64,000 nucleotides of DNA from contig CBDCSU010000005.1 of the NCBI GenBank assembly GCA_965221775.1, positions 1,184,001 to 1,248,000 on the forward strand, given 5' to 3'. Origin of the DNA: Candidatus Latescibacterota bacterium. Its GTDB lineage: Bacteria > Latescibacterota > UBA2968 > UBA8231. The translations under genes were made by a program, and so were the position numbers. How positions within the stretch are numbered: position 1 is the stretch's first letter; every line of letters begins with the position of its first letter. This document shows, piece after piece, positions 11,853-21,901 of the stretch. Under the pieces are notes generated by a model. The model had not been told where the DNA came from. It made no database searches and worked only from the letters and a program-made list of their open reading frames with translations.

Positions 11853-13022
11853 ATGTCACAGACCGCCGACGCCGTCGTCATCGGGGGCGGCATCCTCGGC
11901 GTCAGCACCGCCCACTTCCTCGCCCGGACGGGCTTCGGATCGGTGGTGCTGCTCGAAAAGCGCAGCCTCGCCGCGGTCAGCACCGGACACTCGGCGGCGG
12001 CGATCCGCACCTTCTACTCGAATCCCCTGACCATCCGCCTGGCCGTGCGCTCGGCGGAGATGTTCGCCGGCGCGCAGGAGACCTTCGGCGGTTCCTGCGG
12101 CTTCCGGCAGTCCGGCTATCTGACCCTCCTCGACGAGGACAGCCTCGACCAGGGGCGGCAGGTGGCCGACATGGAGCGGCAGCACGGCGTGCCGGTGGAG
12201 GAGCTCTCCCCCGGGGCGCTGCGGGAGCGCTTCCCCGTGGTCGACCTGGAGCGGGTGCGGGCCGGCATCTTCGAGCCGCGGTCCGGGTACGCCGACCCGC
12301 TGGCCACCACCCGGCTGCTGGCGTCAACGGCCGAACCGCTGGGCCTGACCGTGCGCGAGGGCGTGGGCGCCACCGGGATCACCCTGGAGGGAGGCCGCGT
12401 GGCCGGCGTGGAGACCGAGGCGGGACCGGTCTCGACGCCGGTGGTGGTCAACGCCGCCGGCGGCTGGGGCCGCGTCGTAGCCTCGTGGGTGGGGCTGAAC
12501 TACTCCTTCCGCTGGAGCCGCGAGTCCGACATCGTTCTCGACGTGCCCTTCGAGACCGACGGGTTCCCGTGGCTCTCCGACCCCCGGCTGCGGTTCTACG
12601 CCAGGCCCGCGGGGCCCCGCCGGCTGCTGGCCGGCCTCGGCTTCCCCAAGGAGATCGAGCCCCTCGACATCGAGCGCTACGACCCCGGGATCGACGAGCC
12701 CACCCGCCGTCGCATCGAGGATCTCCTCGGCCAGCGCGTCCCCGCCGCCCGCGAGGGGACCTTCGTGCGCGGCTGGGCCTCGTTCTACACCATCACCGAC
12801 GACTGGCACCCCCTCGTCGGCCCGGAGCCCGAGGTCCCCGGGTACTACGCCTGCGTCGCCGGCAACGGCCACTGCTTCAAGCTCGGCCCCTCCATCGGCG
12901 AGTCGCTGGCGCAGAACATCGCCGGCCAGGAGCCCGAGGTCGACCTGCACGCCCTGCGCCCGAACCGGTTCCACGAGGGCGACTACTTCACCTCGGTCTG
13001 GGGCGGCGGCAACCGCGCCTGA
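11853..13022 (+). CDS. FAD-dependent oxidoreductase (DadA/sarcosine oxidase beta-like)
   Basis: VVIGGGILG dinucleotide motif, VVNAAGGW, TDDWHPLVG, GHCFKLGPSIG. Confidence 0.9.
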   Translation: MSQTADAVVIGGGILGVSTAHFLARTGFGSVVLLEKRSLAAVSTGHSAAAIRTFYSNPLTIRLAVRSAEMFAGAQETFGGSCGFRQSGYLTLLDEDSLDQGRQVADMERQHGVPVEELSPGALRERFPVVDLERVRAGIFEPRSGYADPLATTRLLASTAEPLGLTVREGVGATGITLEGGRVAGVETEAGPVSTPVVVNAAGGWGRVVASWVGLNYSFRWSRESDIVLDVPFETDGFPWLSDPRLRFYARPAGPRRLLAGLGFPKEIEPLDIERYDPGIDEPTRRRIEDLLGQRVPAAREGTFVRGWASFYTITDDWHPLVGPEPEVPGYYACVAGNGHCFKLGPSIGESLAQNIAGQEPEVDLHALRPNRFHEGDYFTSVWGGGNRA

Positions 13023-13044
13023 CGCGGCACCCGCCACCAAGCCC

Positions 13045-14766
13045 GTGAAGACCGACCCCATCAAGTTCGAGGTCATCCGCAACGCCCTCGGCGAGACCAC
13101 CGAGGAGATGTCCGCCGCCCTGCGGCGCAGCGCCTACTCGACCAACATCAAGACCCGCTGCGACTTCTCCTGCGCCATCTTCGACCGCGACGCCAACGTC
13201 CTGGCCCAGGCCTTCGCCCAGGCCAACCACCTCGGATCGATGGTGCGCCTCGTCCCCCTCGCCCTCGAGGAGTACGGCGTCGACAACCTCGCCCCGGGCG
13301 ACGCCATCGTCATGAACGACCCGTACCGGGGCGGCGTTCACCTCAACGACATCTTCCTCATCGCCCCCTTCTACTATGAGGATGAGCTGTGCGGCTTCGT
13401 CGCCAACCTCGCCCATCACGTCGACGTGGGAGGCGGGGCCCCGGCCAGCGTCGGCGCCTTCCAGGAGGTCTACCAGGAGGGGGTGATCATCCCGCCCGTG
13501 AAGCTGGTGACCGGCGGCGAGATGAACCCCGACGTCTTCCGGCTGATCCTCGGGCAGATCCGCTCCAAGCGCGAGACGGCGGGCGACTTCCGCGCCCAGG
13601 TGGCGGCCAACAACACCGGCATCCGGCGGCTCACCGCCCTCTACCGGCGGTACGGCCGCGAGACGGTGGAGGAGTACGCCCGGCGGCTCATCGACTACGC
13701 CGACCGGCTGACCCGCGACGAGATCTCCCGCCTCCCGCGCGGGGCGTTCGCCGCCGAGGGCGTGGTCGACAACGACGGCTTCACCGACCGGCCGGTGCGC
13801 CTGGCGGTGAAGGTCGTCGTCGACGACGAGGGGATCCTCTTCGACTTCAGCGGCTGCGACGAGCAGCGCCCGGCGCCGGTGAACTCCACCCTCTCCATGA
13901 CCTACGCCGTGGCCGCCTACGTGCTGCGCTGCGCCATCGGCACCGACGTGCCCCTCAACGCCGGCTTCTACCGCTCGGTGCGCCTCGTGGCGCCGGAGGG
14001 CACGGTGGCCAACTGCCGGCCGCCGGCGCCGGTGGTCGGCGGCTGGGAGACCCACATGCGCCTCGTGGAGGTCACCTTCCGGGCCCTGGCGCAGGCCCTG
14101 CCGGAGCGCATGCCGGCGGGCACCAAGGGCATGATCTGCCACTCCGGCTTCGGCGGCCTCGACCCGGCCACGGGGGAGTACTTCTGCTTCCTCGAAACCC
14201 TCGGCGGCGGCTACGGCGGCCGTGTCGGCAGCGACGGCCCCGACGCGGTGCAGGCCCACGGCCAGAACACGGAGAACGCCCCCGTGGAGGAGACGGAGCT
14301 GAACTACCCGGTGCGCATCGAGCGCTACGAGCTGGTGGAGGACTCCGAGGGCCCGGGCCGCCACCGCGGCGGCCTCGGCATGCGCCGCGACTACCGGTTC
14401 CCCTCCGGCGAGGCGACCTTCACGATCCTCGCCGACCGCGACCGCTGGGGCCCCCACGGCCTCTTCGGCGGGCAGGACGGCCGCCGGGCCAGCTACGCGG
14501 TGGAGCGCGACGGCGAGACCACCCCTCTCGGCTCCAAGGTGACCGTCACCCTCGGGCCCGGCGACGTCCTCAGCTACCGCACCTGCGGCGGCGGCGGCTA
14601 CGGTTCGCCGGAGGAACGCGACCCGGAGCGGGTCCTGAAGGACGTGCGCGACGGCAAGGTCGATCCCGCCCGGGCCCGCGAGATCTACCGCGTCGCCGTC
14701 GACACCGACTCCTGGAGCGTCGACGAGGAGGAGACCCGGCGGCTGAGGGGCCAGGGGCAGGCCTAG
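13045..14766 (+). CDS. Hydantoinase B/oxoprolinase family protein
   Basis: RSAYSTNIK..DFSCA, NDPYRGGVHLND, HHVDVGG, DSEGPGRHRGG, GGGGYG. Confidence 0.93.
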   Translation: MKTDPIKFEVIRNALGETTEEMSAALRRSAYSTNIKTRCDFSCAIFDRDANVLAQAFAQANHLGSMVRLVPLALEEYGVDNLAPGDAIVMNDPYRGGVHLNDIFLIAPFYYEDELCGFVANLAHHVDVGGGAPASVGAFQEVYQEGVIIPPVKLVTGGEMNPDVFRLILGQIRSKRETAGDFRAQVAANNTGIRRLTALYRRYGRETVEEYARRLIDYADRLTRDEISRLPRGAFAAEGVVDNDGFTDRPVRLAVKVVVDDEGILFDFSGCDEQRPAPVNSTLSMTYAVAAYVLRCAIGTDVPLNAGFYRSVRLVAPEGTVANCRPPAPVVGGWETHMRLVEVTFRALAQALPERMPAGTKGMICHSGFGGLDPATGEYFCFLETLGGGYGGRVGSDGPDAVQAHGQNTENAPVEETELNYPVRIERYELVEDSEGPGRHRGGLGMRRDYRFPSGEATFTILADRDRWGPHGLFGGQDGRRASYAVERDGETTPLGSKVTVTLGPGDVLSYRTCGGGGYGSPEERDPERVLKDVRDGKVDPARAREIYRVAVDTDSWSVDEEETRRLRGQGQA

Positions 14767-14767
14767 C

Positions 14768-16876
14768 ATGGCCGCGCCCCCGGCCGCCGGTTTCCGCCTC
14801 GGCGTCGACATCGGCGGCACCTTCACCGACGCCACCCTCGTGGACGAGGCCAGCGGCCGGGTCCACATCTGCAAGCTCTCCTCCACCCCCGCCGACCCCT
14901 CCGACGGCTTCCTGCGCATCACCTCCCGCATCCTCGAGCAGGCGGGGGTCTCGCCCGGGGAGGTGAGCTACGTCGTCCACGGGACCACCGTCGCCACCAA
15001 CTCCATCATCGAGGGCCGCCTGGCGCCGACGGGCTTCGTCACCACCGAGGGCTTCCGCGACCTGCTGGAGATCCAGCGCCAGATCCGCGCCTCCCTCTAC
15101 GACGTCCACTTCGAGAAGCCGCCGCCCCTGGTGCCCCGGCACCGCTGCTTCGGCGTGCCCGAGCGCCTCGACGCCTCCGGCGAGGTCGTCCGCCCCCTCG
15201 ACGAGGCCGCCCTCCGCCAGACGGCGGCGCGGCTCCGGGACGAGGGCGTCGAGTCGATCGCCGTCTGCTTCCTCCACTCCTACGTCAACCCCGCCCACGA
15301 GCGCCGCGCCGGCGAGATCCTGCGCGAGCGGTTCGGCGCCGAGGCCGTCTCCCTCTCCTGCGAGGTGGCCCCCGACTTCCGCGAGTACTTCCGCGCCAGC
15401 ACCACGGTGATCAACGCCGGCATCCGGCCCTCGGTGGCCCGCTACCTGGAACGCATCGAGACGCGCCTGCGGGAGGCCGGGCTGCAGGCCCCGCTGCTGC
15501 TCATGCAGAGCAGCGGCGGCGTCTACTCCTTCCGGGCGGCCGCGGAGAAGCCGGTCTTCATGGTCGAGTCCGGTCCGGCGGCGGGGGTGATCGCCGCCGG
15601 GGCCCTCGGCCAGCGGCTGGGGCGCCGGGACCTGATCTCCTTCGACATGGGCGGCACCACGGCCAAGGCGGGCCTCGTCCAGGACGGCGCCCCCGGCATC
15701 ACCAAGGAGTACGAGGTCGGCTCGGCGGCGGTCTCCAGCGAGCACGGGGCCCGGGGCGGGGGCTACCCGATCCGCAGCTCCGTCATCGACCTCGTGGAGA
15801 TCGGCGCCGGCGGCGGCTCCATCGCCTGGATCGACCGCGGCGGCGCCCTGCGGGTCGGTCCGCGCAGCGCCGGAGCCGACCCGGGGCCGGCCTGCTACGG
15901 CGCCGGCGGCCGCGAGCCGACGATCACCGACGCCAACCTGGTCCTCGGCCGGCTGGACCCCGGCTACTTCCTGGGCGGCGAGATCCGCCTCGACGTGGAG
16001 GCGGCGGAACGCGCCGTCCGCGAGCGCTGCGCCGAACCCCTGGGACTGGAACCGGTGGAGGCCGCCCGCGGCATCGTGGAGATCGCCAACGCCGCCATGG
16101 CCGGCGCCCTGCGCCGGATCTCCATCCAGCGGGGGTACGACCCCCGGGACTTCACCCTCGTCGCCTTCGGCGGCGCCGGACCCGTGCACGGCAACCGGCT
16201 GGCGCGGGAGCTGGAGATCCCGGAGCTGCTGGTGCCGCCGAGCCCGGGGACGTTCTCGGCCATGGGCCTGCTGAGCACCGACCTGCGCCACGACTTCAAC
16301 GCCACCCACCTGGAGCCGCTGGCAGCGGCGGGGGCCGATCGCCTGGCGTCCGCACTGGAGGCACTGGAGGCGCAGGGGCGCCGGGCCCTGGCCGCCGACG
16401 GCGTCGACCCGGCGCGCATGCGCTTCGTCCGCCAGCTCGACCTGCGCTACGTGGGGCAGAGCTACGAGCTGGGGGTGGAGGTCGAGGACGCCGGCTTTCC
16501 TCCCGCGGAGGTGCGCCGGCTGGCGGGGCGCTTCCACGAGGAGCACGAGCGCGCCTACGGCTTCAAGGCGCCCGGGGAGCCGGTGGAGATCGTCACCATC
16601 CGCCTGTCGGCGGTGGGCGAGATCTCCCGGCCGGAGCTGCGGCGGCTGGAGGCGGACTCGGGCGCCGGGCCGGCGGGGTCCCGGCTCGTGTACTTCGAGG
16701 AGTCGGGGGGATTCGTGGACTGCCCGGTGTACGAGCGCTCCGGCCTCGGGGCGGGGGCCCGCATCGACGGCCCGGCGGTGGTGCAGGAGCTGGACTCGAC
16801 GACGCTGCTGCACCCGGGGTACCGGGCGGAGGTGGACACCTACGGCAACCTGCTGATCCGGCCGGGTACGGACTAG
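14768..16876 (+). CDS. Hydantoinase A/oxoprolinase family protein
   Basis: GVDIGGTFTD, HGTTVATN, ESGPAAG, DMGGTT, SAGADPGPACYG, FGGAG. Confidence 0.94.
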   Translation: MAAPPAAGFRLGVDIGGTFTDATLVDEASGRVHICKLSSTPADPSDGFLRITSRILEQAGVSPGEVSYVVHGTTVATNSIIEGRLAPTGFVTTEGFRDLLEIQRQIRASLYDVHFEKPPPLVPRHRCFGVPERLDASGEVVRPLDEAALRQTAARLRDEGVESIAVCFLHSYVNPAHERRAGEILRERFGAEAVSLSCEVAPDFREYFRASTTVINAGIRPSVARYLERIETRLREAGLQAPLLLMQSSGGVYSFRAAAEKPVFMVESGPAAGVIAAGALGQRLGRRDLISFDMGGTTAKAGLVQDGAPGITKEYEVGSAAVSSEHGARGGGYPIRSSVIDLVEIGAGGGSIAWIDRGGALRVGPRSAGADPGPACYGAGGREPTITDANLVLGRLDPGYFLGGEIRLDVEAAERAVRERCAEPLGLEPVEAARGIVEIANAAMAGALRRISIQRGYDPRDFTLVAFGGAGPVHGNRLARELEIPELLVPPSPGTFSAMGLLSTDLRHDFNATHLEPLAAAGADRLASALEALEAQGRRALAADGVDPARMRFVRQLDLRYVGQSYELGVEVEDAGFPPAEVRRLAGRFHEEHERAYGFKAPGEPVEIVTIRLSAVGEISRPELRRLEADSGAGPAGSRLVYFEESGGFVDCPVYERSGLGAGARIDGPAVVQELDSTTLLHPGYRAEVDTYGNLLIRPGTD

Positions 16877-16878
16877 GG

Positions 16879-18225
16879 ATGCGACTCGGCCGGCGATCCA
16901 TCCGGGCGGGCCTCGTGCTGCCGGTGCTCCTGGGCGGCGGGTGGTGCCTCGGCGGCTGTCAGAGCGAGGACCGGGTCGTCATTCAGCTCACCGTCGATCC
17001 CATCGACGATCAAACCCTCGACACGGGGGACGAGGTGCAGCTGACGGTGAGCCTCAGCGGAGGGCCGGGAGACCACTTTCTGCATGCCTACTCCAGCGAC
17101 ACCTCGGTGGTCACCGTATCCGTGAGCGAAGGCCTGCTCACTCTCACCGGGGTCGGAACGGGGACCGCCACCGTCACCGTTTCCGTCTCCGCCCCCACCG
17201 GGAGGCGGCTGCACGCGGCGGTCTTCCGGGTCACCGTCGATTCGGAACTCCAGAGGGCCGCCCGCGAACGCGAGGTCCTGGCCGCCTTCTATCGCGCCAC
17301 CGGCGGCCCCGACTGGAAGACGGCCGCGAACTGGTCGACCGACGACCTGGAGAGCTGGCACGGAGTCACCGTCCAAGACGGACGGGTGACGGCCCTGCTT
17401 CTCGAAGAGAACAACCTGAAGGGTGCCGTTGCCGAGGCCCTTGGGATCCTCGGCCGCCTGGATCACCTGGAGGCGGCCCTCTTCGCCTCGAACGGACTCA
17501 GCGGAGAGATACCCGACACCCTGGCCGGTCTGGAGCCGTTGCGGTTCCTGGATCTGCGGGATAACGACCTGAGCGGCCCGATCCCGGAGGCCCTCGGCCG
17601 CCTCGACAGCCTGCAGGGGCTGAACCTCCCGGGAAACGACCTCCACGGACCGATCCCCGAAGCCCTCGGCCGCCTCTCCGCCCTCTCCCACCTGAGCCTG
17701 GCAGAGAACGATCTGAGCGGACCCATTCCCGAGGCCCTGGGCGCCCTGACCAGCCTCACCTTCCTGCGGCTGGACGGCAACGACCTCACGGGACCCATCC
17801 CCGAAGCCCTGGGCGGCCTTTCCAGCCTCGGGCACCTGAGCCTGGCAGAGAACGATCTGAGCGGACCCATTCCCGAGGCCTTGGCCCGCCTCTCCAACCT
17901 CAGCGGCCTCTTCCTCCAGGACAACGATCTCACCGGCGAGATTCCCGAGGCCCTGGGCAATCTCTCCAACCTCGTCTTCCTCAACCTCTCCCACTGCGAT
18001 CTGTCAGGAAGCGTCCCCGACACCCTGGGCACCCTCTCCCGGCTGTGGACGCTCGATCTCTCCGTCAACCCGCAACTGACCGGCCCTCTTCCCCTGAGTC
18101 TGATCGAGCTGTCGGATCTCAAGCACATCGACTTCCGCGGCACCGGGCTCTGCGCGCCGGCAGACGCCGCCTTCCAGGAGTGGCTCGAAGGCGTTCCCCA
18201 AGCCCATGGCCAGGTCTGCGAATGA
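16879..18225 (+). CDS. Leucine-rich-repeat lipoprotein (Ig-like domain plus plant-type 24-aa LRRs)
   Basis: Lipobox LGGC; about 10 repeats of LxxLxLxxNDLSGPIPEALG; cap ALAAFYRATGGPDW..W..WHGV. Confidence 0.9.
   Translation: MRLGRRSIRAGLVLPVLLGGGWCLGGCQSEDRVVIQLTVDPIDDQTLDTGDEVQLTVSLSGGPGDHFLHAYSSDTSVVTVSVSEGLLTLTGVGTGTATVTVSVSAPTGRRLHAAVFRVTVDSELQRAAREREVLAAFYRATGGPDWKTAANWSTDDLESWHGVTVQDGRVTALLLEENNLKGAVAEALGILGRLDHLEAALFASNGLSGEIPDTLAGLEPLRFLDLRDNDLSGPIPEALGRLDSLQGLNLPGNDLHGPIPEALGRLSALSHLSLAENDLSGPIPEALGALTSLTFLRLDGNDLTGPIPEALGGLSSLGHLSLAENDLSGPIPEALARLSNLSGLFLQDNDLTGEIPEALGNLSNLVFLNLSHCDLSGSVPDTLGTLSRLWTLDLSVNPQLTGPLPLSLIELSDLKHIDFRGTGLCAPADAAFQEWLEGVPQAHGQVCE
17691..17880 (+). repeat. 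Identical ~46-bp blocks 144 bp apart within the LRR gene
   Basis: cctgagcctggcagagaacgatctgagcggacccattcccgaggcc at 17691 and 17835. Confidence 0.85.
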
Positions 18226-18276
18226 TACGATCCGAGCGCCCCGACACGGGTCGAGGGACACCGAGATTCGGACGCG

Positions 18277-20529
18277 CTATTTCAGCAGCAACAGACGCCG
18301 CGTCTGCACCTCCTGTGTGGTGGACAACCGATACAGGTATATCCCACTGGCAACAGGCGCACCGCTGTCGTTGCGCCCATTCCAGGCAACCTGATAGCTG
18401 CCGGCGGCCTGTATCTCCTGCACCAGGATGCGTACCCGCTGTCCCAGGACATTGTAAATCGCCAACTCCACAGGGCCGGCCGTGGACAGGGTATAGGCGA
18501 TCCGGGTTACGGGATTGAACGGATTGGGGTAGTTCTCCCCAAGCCCGAAGGTCAGACTTGACACCACGGGCTTGGACGCCTGCGACTCCATGACGGTGAT
18601 GACGGCCTCCCCACTCCAATCCCCTGAGGAGCCGCCAAATCGGGCGCGCACCATGGCTTTGTGCTTCTCGCCCCCCTCCAAGCCGGTGATGGTGTAGGAA
18701 GGTTCGGCGGGGAAGGCGTTGCCGGTGTTGTCGGTCCAGGTCTTGAAGCTCTCGCTCTCCTTGGCCCAGGAAATGCGGTAGTCGGCAGGCTCCTCCGTGG
18801 GTGCCTCCCAGCTGGCCTGGATCGTCCCCGGTTGAGAGCTGACCAAGGTGATCCTCCCTATGTCGCGAGAATCACGCGGGTCGGGCGGCTCCAGCACGAC
18901 AGTATTCCCCTGCGCCGGTCCGGAAGAGATGTCTTGGACTGTGATGACAACGCCGGGCGAGAGGACCAACCCGCCCCCACTGGTGGGCGGATCGGCAGGA
19001 ACGTCCTGAATTGTGACGGCAACGGCATCAGAGCCCGCGGCGCCGTGCTCGTCGGTGGCGGTGAGCGTGAAGGTGATGGTGGTATCAGAGTCCACCTGGG
19101 GCGCAGCAAACGTGGTCGAGAGGGCCGCCGGGTCTCCAAGTGAGATGCCCAAGTCGCCCCGGTCGTGGGTCCACTGGTAGGTGAGAGTATCGTTGTCAGG
19201 GTCAGAGGCCGTTCCGGACAGCGTCACTGCGGAGCCTTCCTGGACGATCTGGTCGGATCCGGCATCGGCAGTCGGCGCGGCGTTGGCAGAAGAAGCCGCG
19301 ACGGTGATGACGGCCTCCCCACTCCAATCCCCCGAGGAGCCGTCGTATCGGGCGCGCACTTTGGCTTTATGCCTCTCGCCCCCCTCCAAGCCGGTGATCG
19401 TGCAGGAAGGTTCGGTGGGGAAGGCGTTGCCGGTGTTGTCGGTCCAGGTCTTGAAACTCTCGCTCTCCTTGGCCCATGAAATGCGGTAGTCGGCAGGCTC
19501 CTCCGTGGGTGCCTCCCAGCTGGCCTGGATCGTCCCCGGCTGAGAGCTGACCAGGATGATCCTTCCTATGTCGCGAGTGCCACGCGAGTCGGGCGGCTCC
19601 AGCACGACAGGGGTAGCCACCGGGGCATCCTGAAGCTCGTAGACCCGGACCCAGTCCACCAGGGCCTCGTTCGGAAACGTGCCGGTATGAGCGTTGCCTT
19701 GGCGCCAACTCAATCCGGTGGACAGAATGACGTATCCATCACTGTGCGACAGGCCCTGGTACCTTTGTACCATGAGCTGGTCGTCCGCGTAAAAGGTGTA
19801 ACTGTCCGGTGTCCACGCTACGGCGAAGACGTGAAACTGTCCGTCGTGCATCGGAGCGAACTCCAAATCGGCAGCGTGCGAATTGCCTTCCCAATGCACG
19901 GCCAGGGTATAGTGATTGCTGACGTACACCGACTCGAGGATGTCGATTTCGGCTCCGTCGGAGGGCCCATCGACACCGCCATCTGCAGCCGTTCGGTCTC
20001 GATTGTCGTTCTGGAGCCAGAAGGCAGTGTGCATGCCGTCTGCGGTCGGCGCGATCCGGACGCTGGCCTCGAAGTATCCGTACGTCTGCTCGAACTTTCC
20101 CTTGGAGTCGATCGCAGCGGCCTTGACCAGGTCAGATGTCTGGTCAGAGGTCTGAGGATCCCGGGTATTGCGCAACACCAAGTGGCCGTCTCTCAGGCTG
20201 ACGTTGTCGTGCTCATATCTCCACCTGATTCGGTGTCCGCCATGCCAGCGCTCAGATCGAAATGCCTCACTCCTGTGATTCCACTTCGACGCATCAAACG
20301 TGGTGCCGTTGAAGTCATCGCTCCATACCAGGACCCAGCGTTTGCCGGTAGGGGGAGAGGGAGGGACTGCATCGGCCACATGCGGATAGAGTAGGAACAG
20401 CGATACCACTCGCGTAACGATGGCCCTGGCCGACCAGGCCTCTGTATCTCGACACTCTCGCTTGTACAAGCTCAATTCCTGTCCAGTTGCGTTCCATCGC
20501 ACTCTTCGGGTGCACAATAGAGCACTCAT
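18277..20529 (-). CDS. Secreted GH16 glycoside hydrolase with FN3-like x2, PKD and C-terminal FlgD/T9SS-like domain; start uncertain
   Basis: WVLVWSDDFNG, YGYFEAS, AFWL, catalytic EIDILE, VDWVRVY; C-terminal ENYPNPFNP...SGIYLYRL. Confidence 0.88.
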   Translation of the reverse strand: MSALLCTRRVRWNATGQELSLYKRECRDTEAWSARAIVTRVVSLFLLYPHVADAVPPSPPTGKRWVLVWSDDFNGTTFDASKWNHRSEAFRSERWHGGHRIRWRYEHDNVSLRDGHLVLRNTRDPQTSDQTSDLVKAAAIDSKGKFEQTYGYFEASVRIAPTADGMHTAFWLQNDNRDRTAADGGVDGPSDGAEIDILESVYVSNHYTLAVHWEGNSHAADLEFAPMHDGQFHVFAVAWTPDSYTFYADDQLMVQRYQGLSHSDGYVILSTGLSWRQGNAHTGTFPNEALVDWVRVYELQDAPVATPVVLEPPDSRGTRDIGRIILVSSQPGTIQASWEAPTEEPADYRISWAKESESFKTWTDNTGNAFPTEPSCTITGLEGGERHKAKVRARYDGSSGDWSGEAVITVAASSANAAPTADAGSDQIVQEGSAVTLSGTASDPDNDTLTYQWTHDRGDLGISLGDPAALSTTFAAPQVDSDTTITFTLTATDEHGAAGSDAVAVTIQDVPADPPTSGGGLVLSPGVVITVQDISSGPAQGNTVVLEPPDPRDSRDIGRITLVSSQPGTIQASWEAPTEEPADYRISWAKESESFKTWTDNTGNAFPAEPSYTITGLEGGEKHKAMVRARFGGSSGDWSGEAVITVMESQASKPVVSSLTFGLGENYPNPFNPVTRIAYTLSTAGPVELAIYNVLGQRVRILVQEIQAAGSYQVAWNGRNDSGAPVASGIYLYRLSTTQEVQTRRLLLLK
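18592..19610 (-). repeat. Two near-identical ~311-bp FN3-like domain copies (18592-18902 and 19300-19610)
   Basis: Both encode IGRIxLVSSQPGTIQASWEAPTEEPADYRISWAKESESFKTWTDNTGNAFP...SSGDWSGEAVITV. Confidence 0.92.
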
Positions 20530-20551
20530 CTTCGAGCCCGGCATCGCTGTG

Positions 20552-20855
20552 GACCGGCGGCTTCGCCTTGGGCGTCCACCCGGGGCCGCGGGCACAGACT
20601 CCGGCCCCCCCTCAAGGGCCGAATCTCATCCCTTGAGGGTGACCCCGGGTCCCGTGCTGGCATCCCCACGTGGAACGCGCGGAGGAAAAGGAGGGAGATG
20701 ATTTACACGTGTATAATGGGGAATATACACGTGTAAATCAAGCTTTTTTGACTTCGCTCCTCCGAGGGTCCATCCTCGATGGTCGCAGGAGTGTCCAACG
20801 GAACTCCCTCTTTGGGGAGCGGGTCGGGCGTGGTCACCGGGTTGGCACGGCGAGC
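20552..20855 (-). repeat. Copy 1 of diverged inverted ~300-bp leader/promoter repeat
   Basis: Reverse complement aligns with 22203-22511 (e.g. ggcgtccacccggggccgcgggcac, gtgaccccggg, cgtggaacgcgcg, ggcgtggtcaccgggt). Confidence 0.9.
20699..20740. promoter_or_regulatory. Tandem palindromic operators (probable LacI-family sites) overlapping a TATAAT
   Basis: tgatttacacgtgtata-N8-tatacacgtgtaaatca: perfect 17-bp inverted arms, each with a TACACGTGTA core and central CG; TATAAT at 20712-20717. Confidence 0.8.
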
Positions 20856-20878
20856 CTTCTGGGGGACAGGCAAGGGCC

Positions 20879-21901
20879 ATGAGCAAGAAACGGGTCACCA
20901 TCAAGGACATCGCTCGGGAGCTGGGGATTACCCACCCGACGGTGTCCCGGGCCCTGTCTCAGAACCCCGAGGTTTCCGCCCTGGTGACCGAGAAGACCCG
21001 AGAGCGGATCAAGCGGCTGGCCGCGGACCTGGGCTACACCCCCAACCTGATGGCGAAGGGGGTCGTGACCGGACGCACGGGCACCCTGGGCCTGCTGACC
21101 TACCAGCTCAACCGCGAGATCCATGGCACGTACGCCGATGAGATTCTGAAGGCGGCGGACCGGCGGAACTACCGGCTCCTGGTGAGCCTGGACGCCTATC
21201 CGCGTGCTCCGATTCTACCAGAGGAGCAGGGCCGGCAGATCCAGCAGACGGTGGCCCGCGGCGTCGACGGTCTCCTGATCTATACCCGCGGGGAGGGGGG
21301 AGAGTCCGAGCGCATTCTCAAGGCGGCCGAGGGTTTGCCCGTAGTGACGTTTGGCTATACGACGAGCAAGGATCTGAGCGGCGTCGAGCTGGACGAGACG
21401 GCGGGTTTCTTCGAGGTCACAGAGCATCTGATCCGACTCGGGCACGAGCGGATCGGCTTCATCGGCTCGGACTGGCATCTGGATCGCGTCGGTTCCGCCA
21501 AGGCGCAAGGCTACTTCCGGGCCATGCAAGAGCACCACCTGACCCCGGAGCGCCTGCCTGCTACTCATCTGGTTCGATCAGGCTATCAGTTGGGAAAAAC
21601 AACCCTCGACCGGTTCACGGCCTATGTCTGCCGGACCGACTACATTGCCATCGGGCTCTGCCGCGGGCTGCGGGAAGCGGGGCTGCGCGTTCCCGAGGAT
21701 GTGGCCGTGGTGGGGCAAGGCGATCTGGAGGTGTCAGCCTACATGACGCCGGCCCTGACCACCTTGGCCACCCCCTACCAAGAGATCGCCGACACGGTGA
21801 TGGACCTGATGCTGGAGTGGCTGCAAGGCGGCGCCAGCCCTCGGAAAGCCACCCTGACCTACCGCCTCATCGTGCGGGAGTCCTGCGGAGCGAGCTCCTG
21901 A
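20879..21901 (+). CDS. LacI-family transcriptional regulator
   Basis: VTIKDIARELGITHPTVSRAL HTH, LGYTPN, GHERIGFI, GLRVPEDVAVVG, PALTT, LIVRESC. Confidence 0.96.
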   Translation: MSKKRVTIKDIARELGITHPTVSRALSQNPEVSALVTEKTRERIKRLAADLGYTPNLMAKGVVTGRTGTLGLLTYQLNREIHGTYADEILKAADRRNYRLLVSLDAYPRAPILPEEQGRQIQQTVARGVDGLLIYTRGEGGESERILKAAEGLPVVTFGYTTSKDLSGVELDETAGFFEVTEHLIRLGHERIGFIGSDWHLDRVGSAKAQGYFRAMQEHHLTPERLPATHLVRSGYQLGKTTLDRFTAYVCRTDYIAIGLCRGLREAGLRVPEDVAVVGQGDLEVSAYMTPALTTLATPYQEIADTVMDLMLEWLQGGASPRKATLTYRLIVRESCGASS

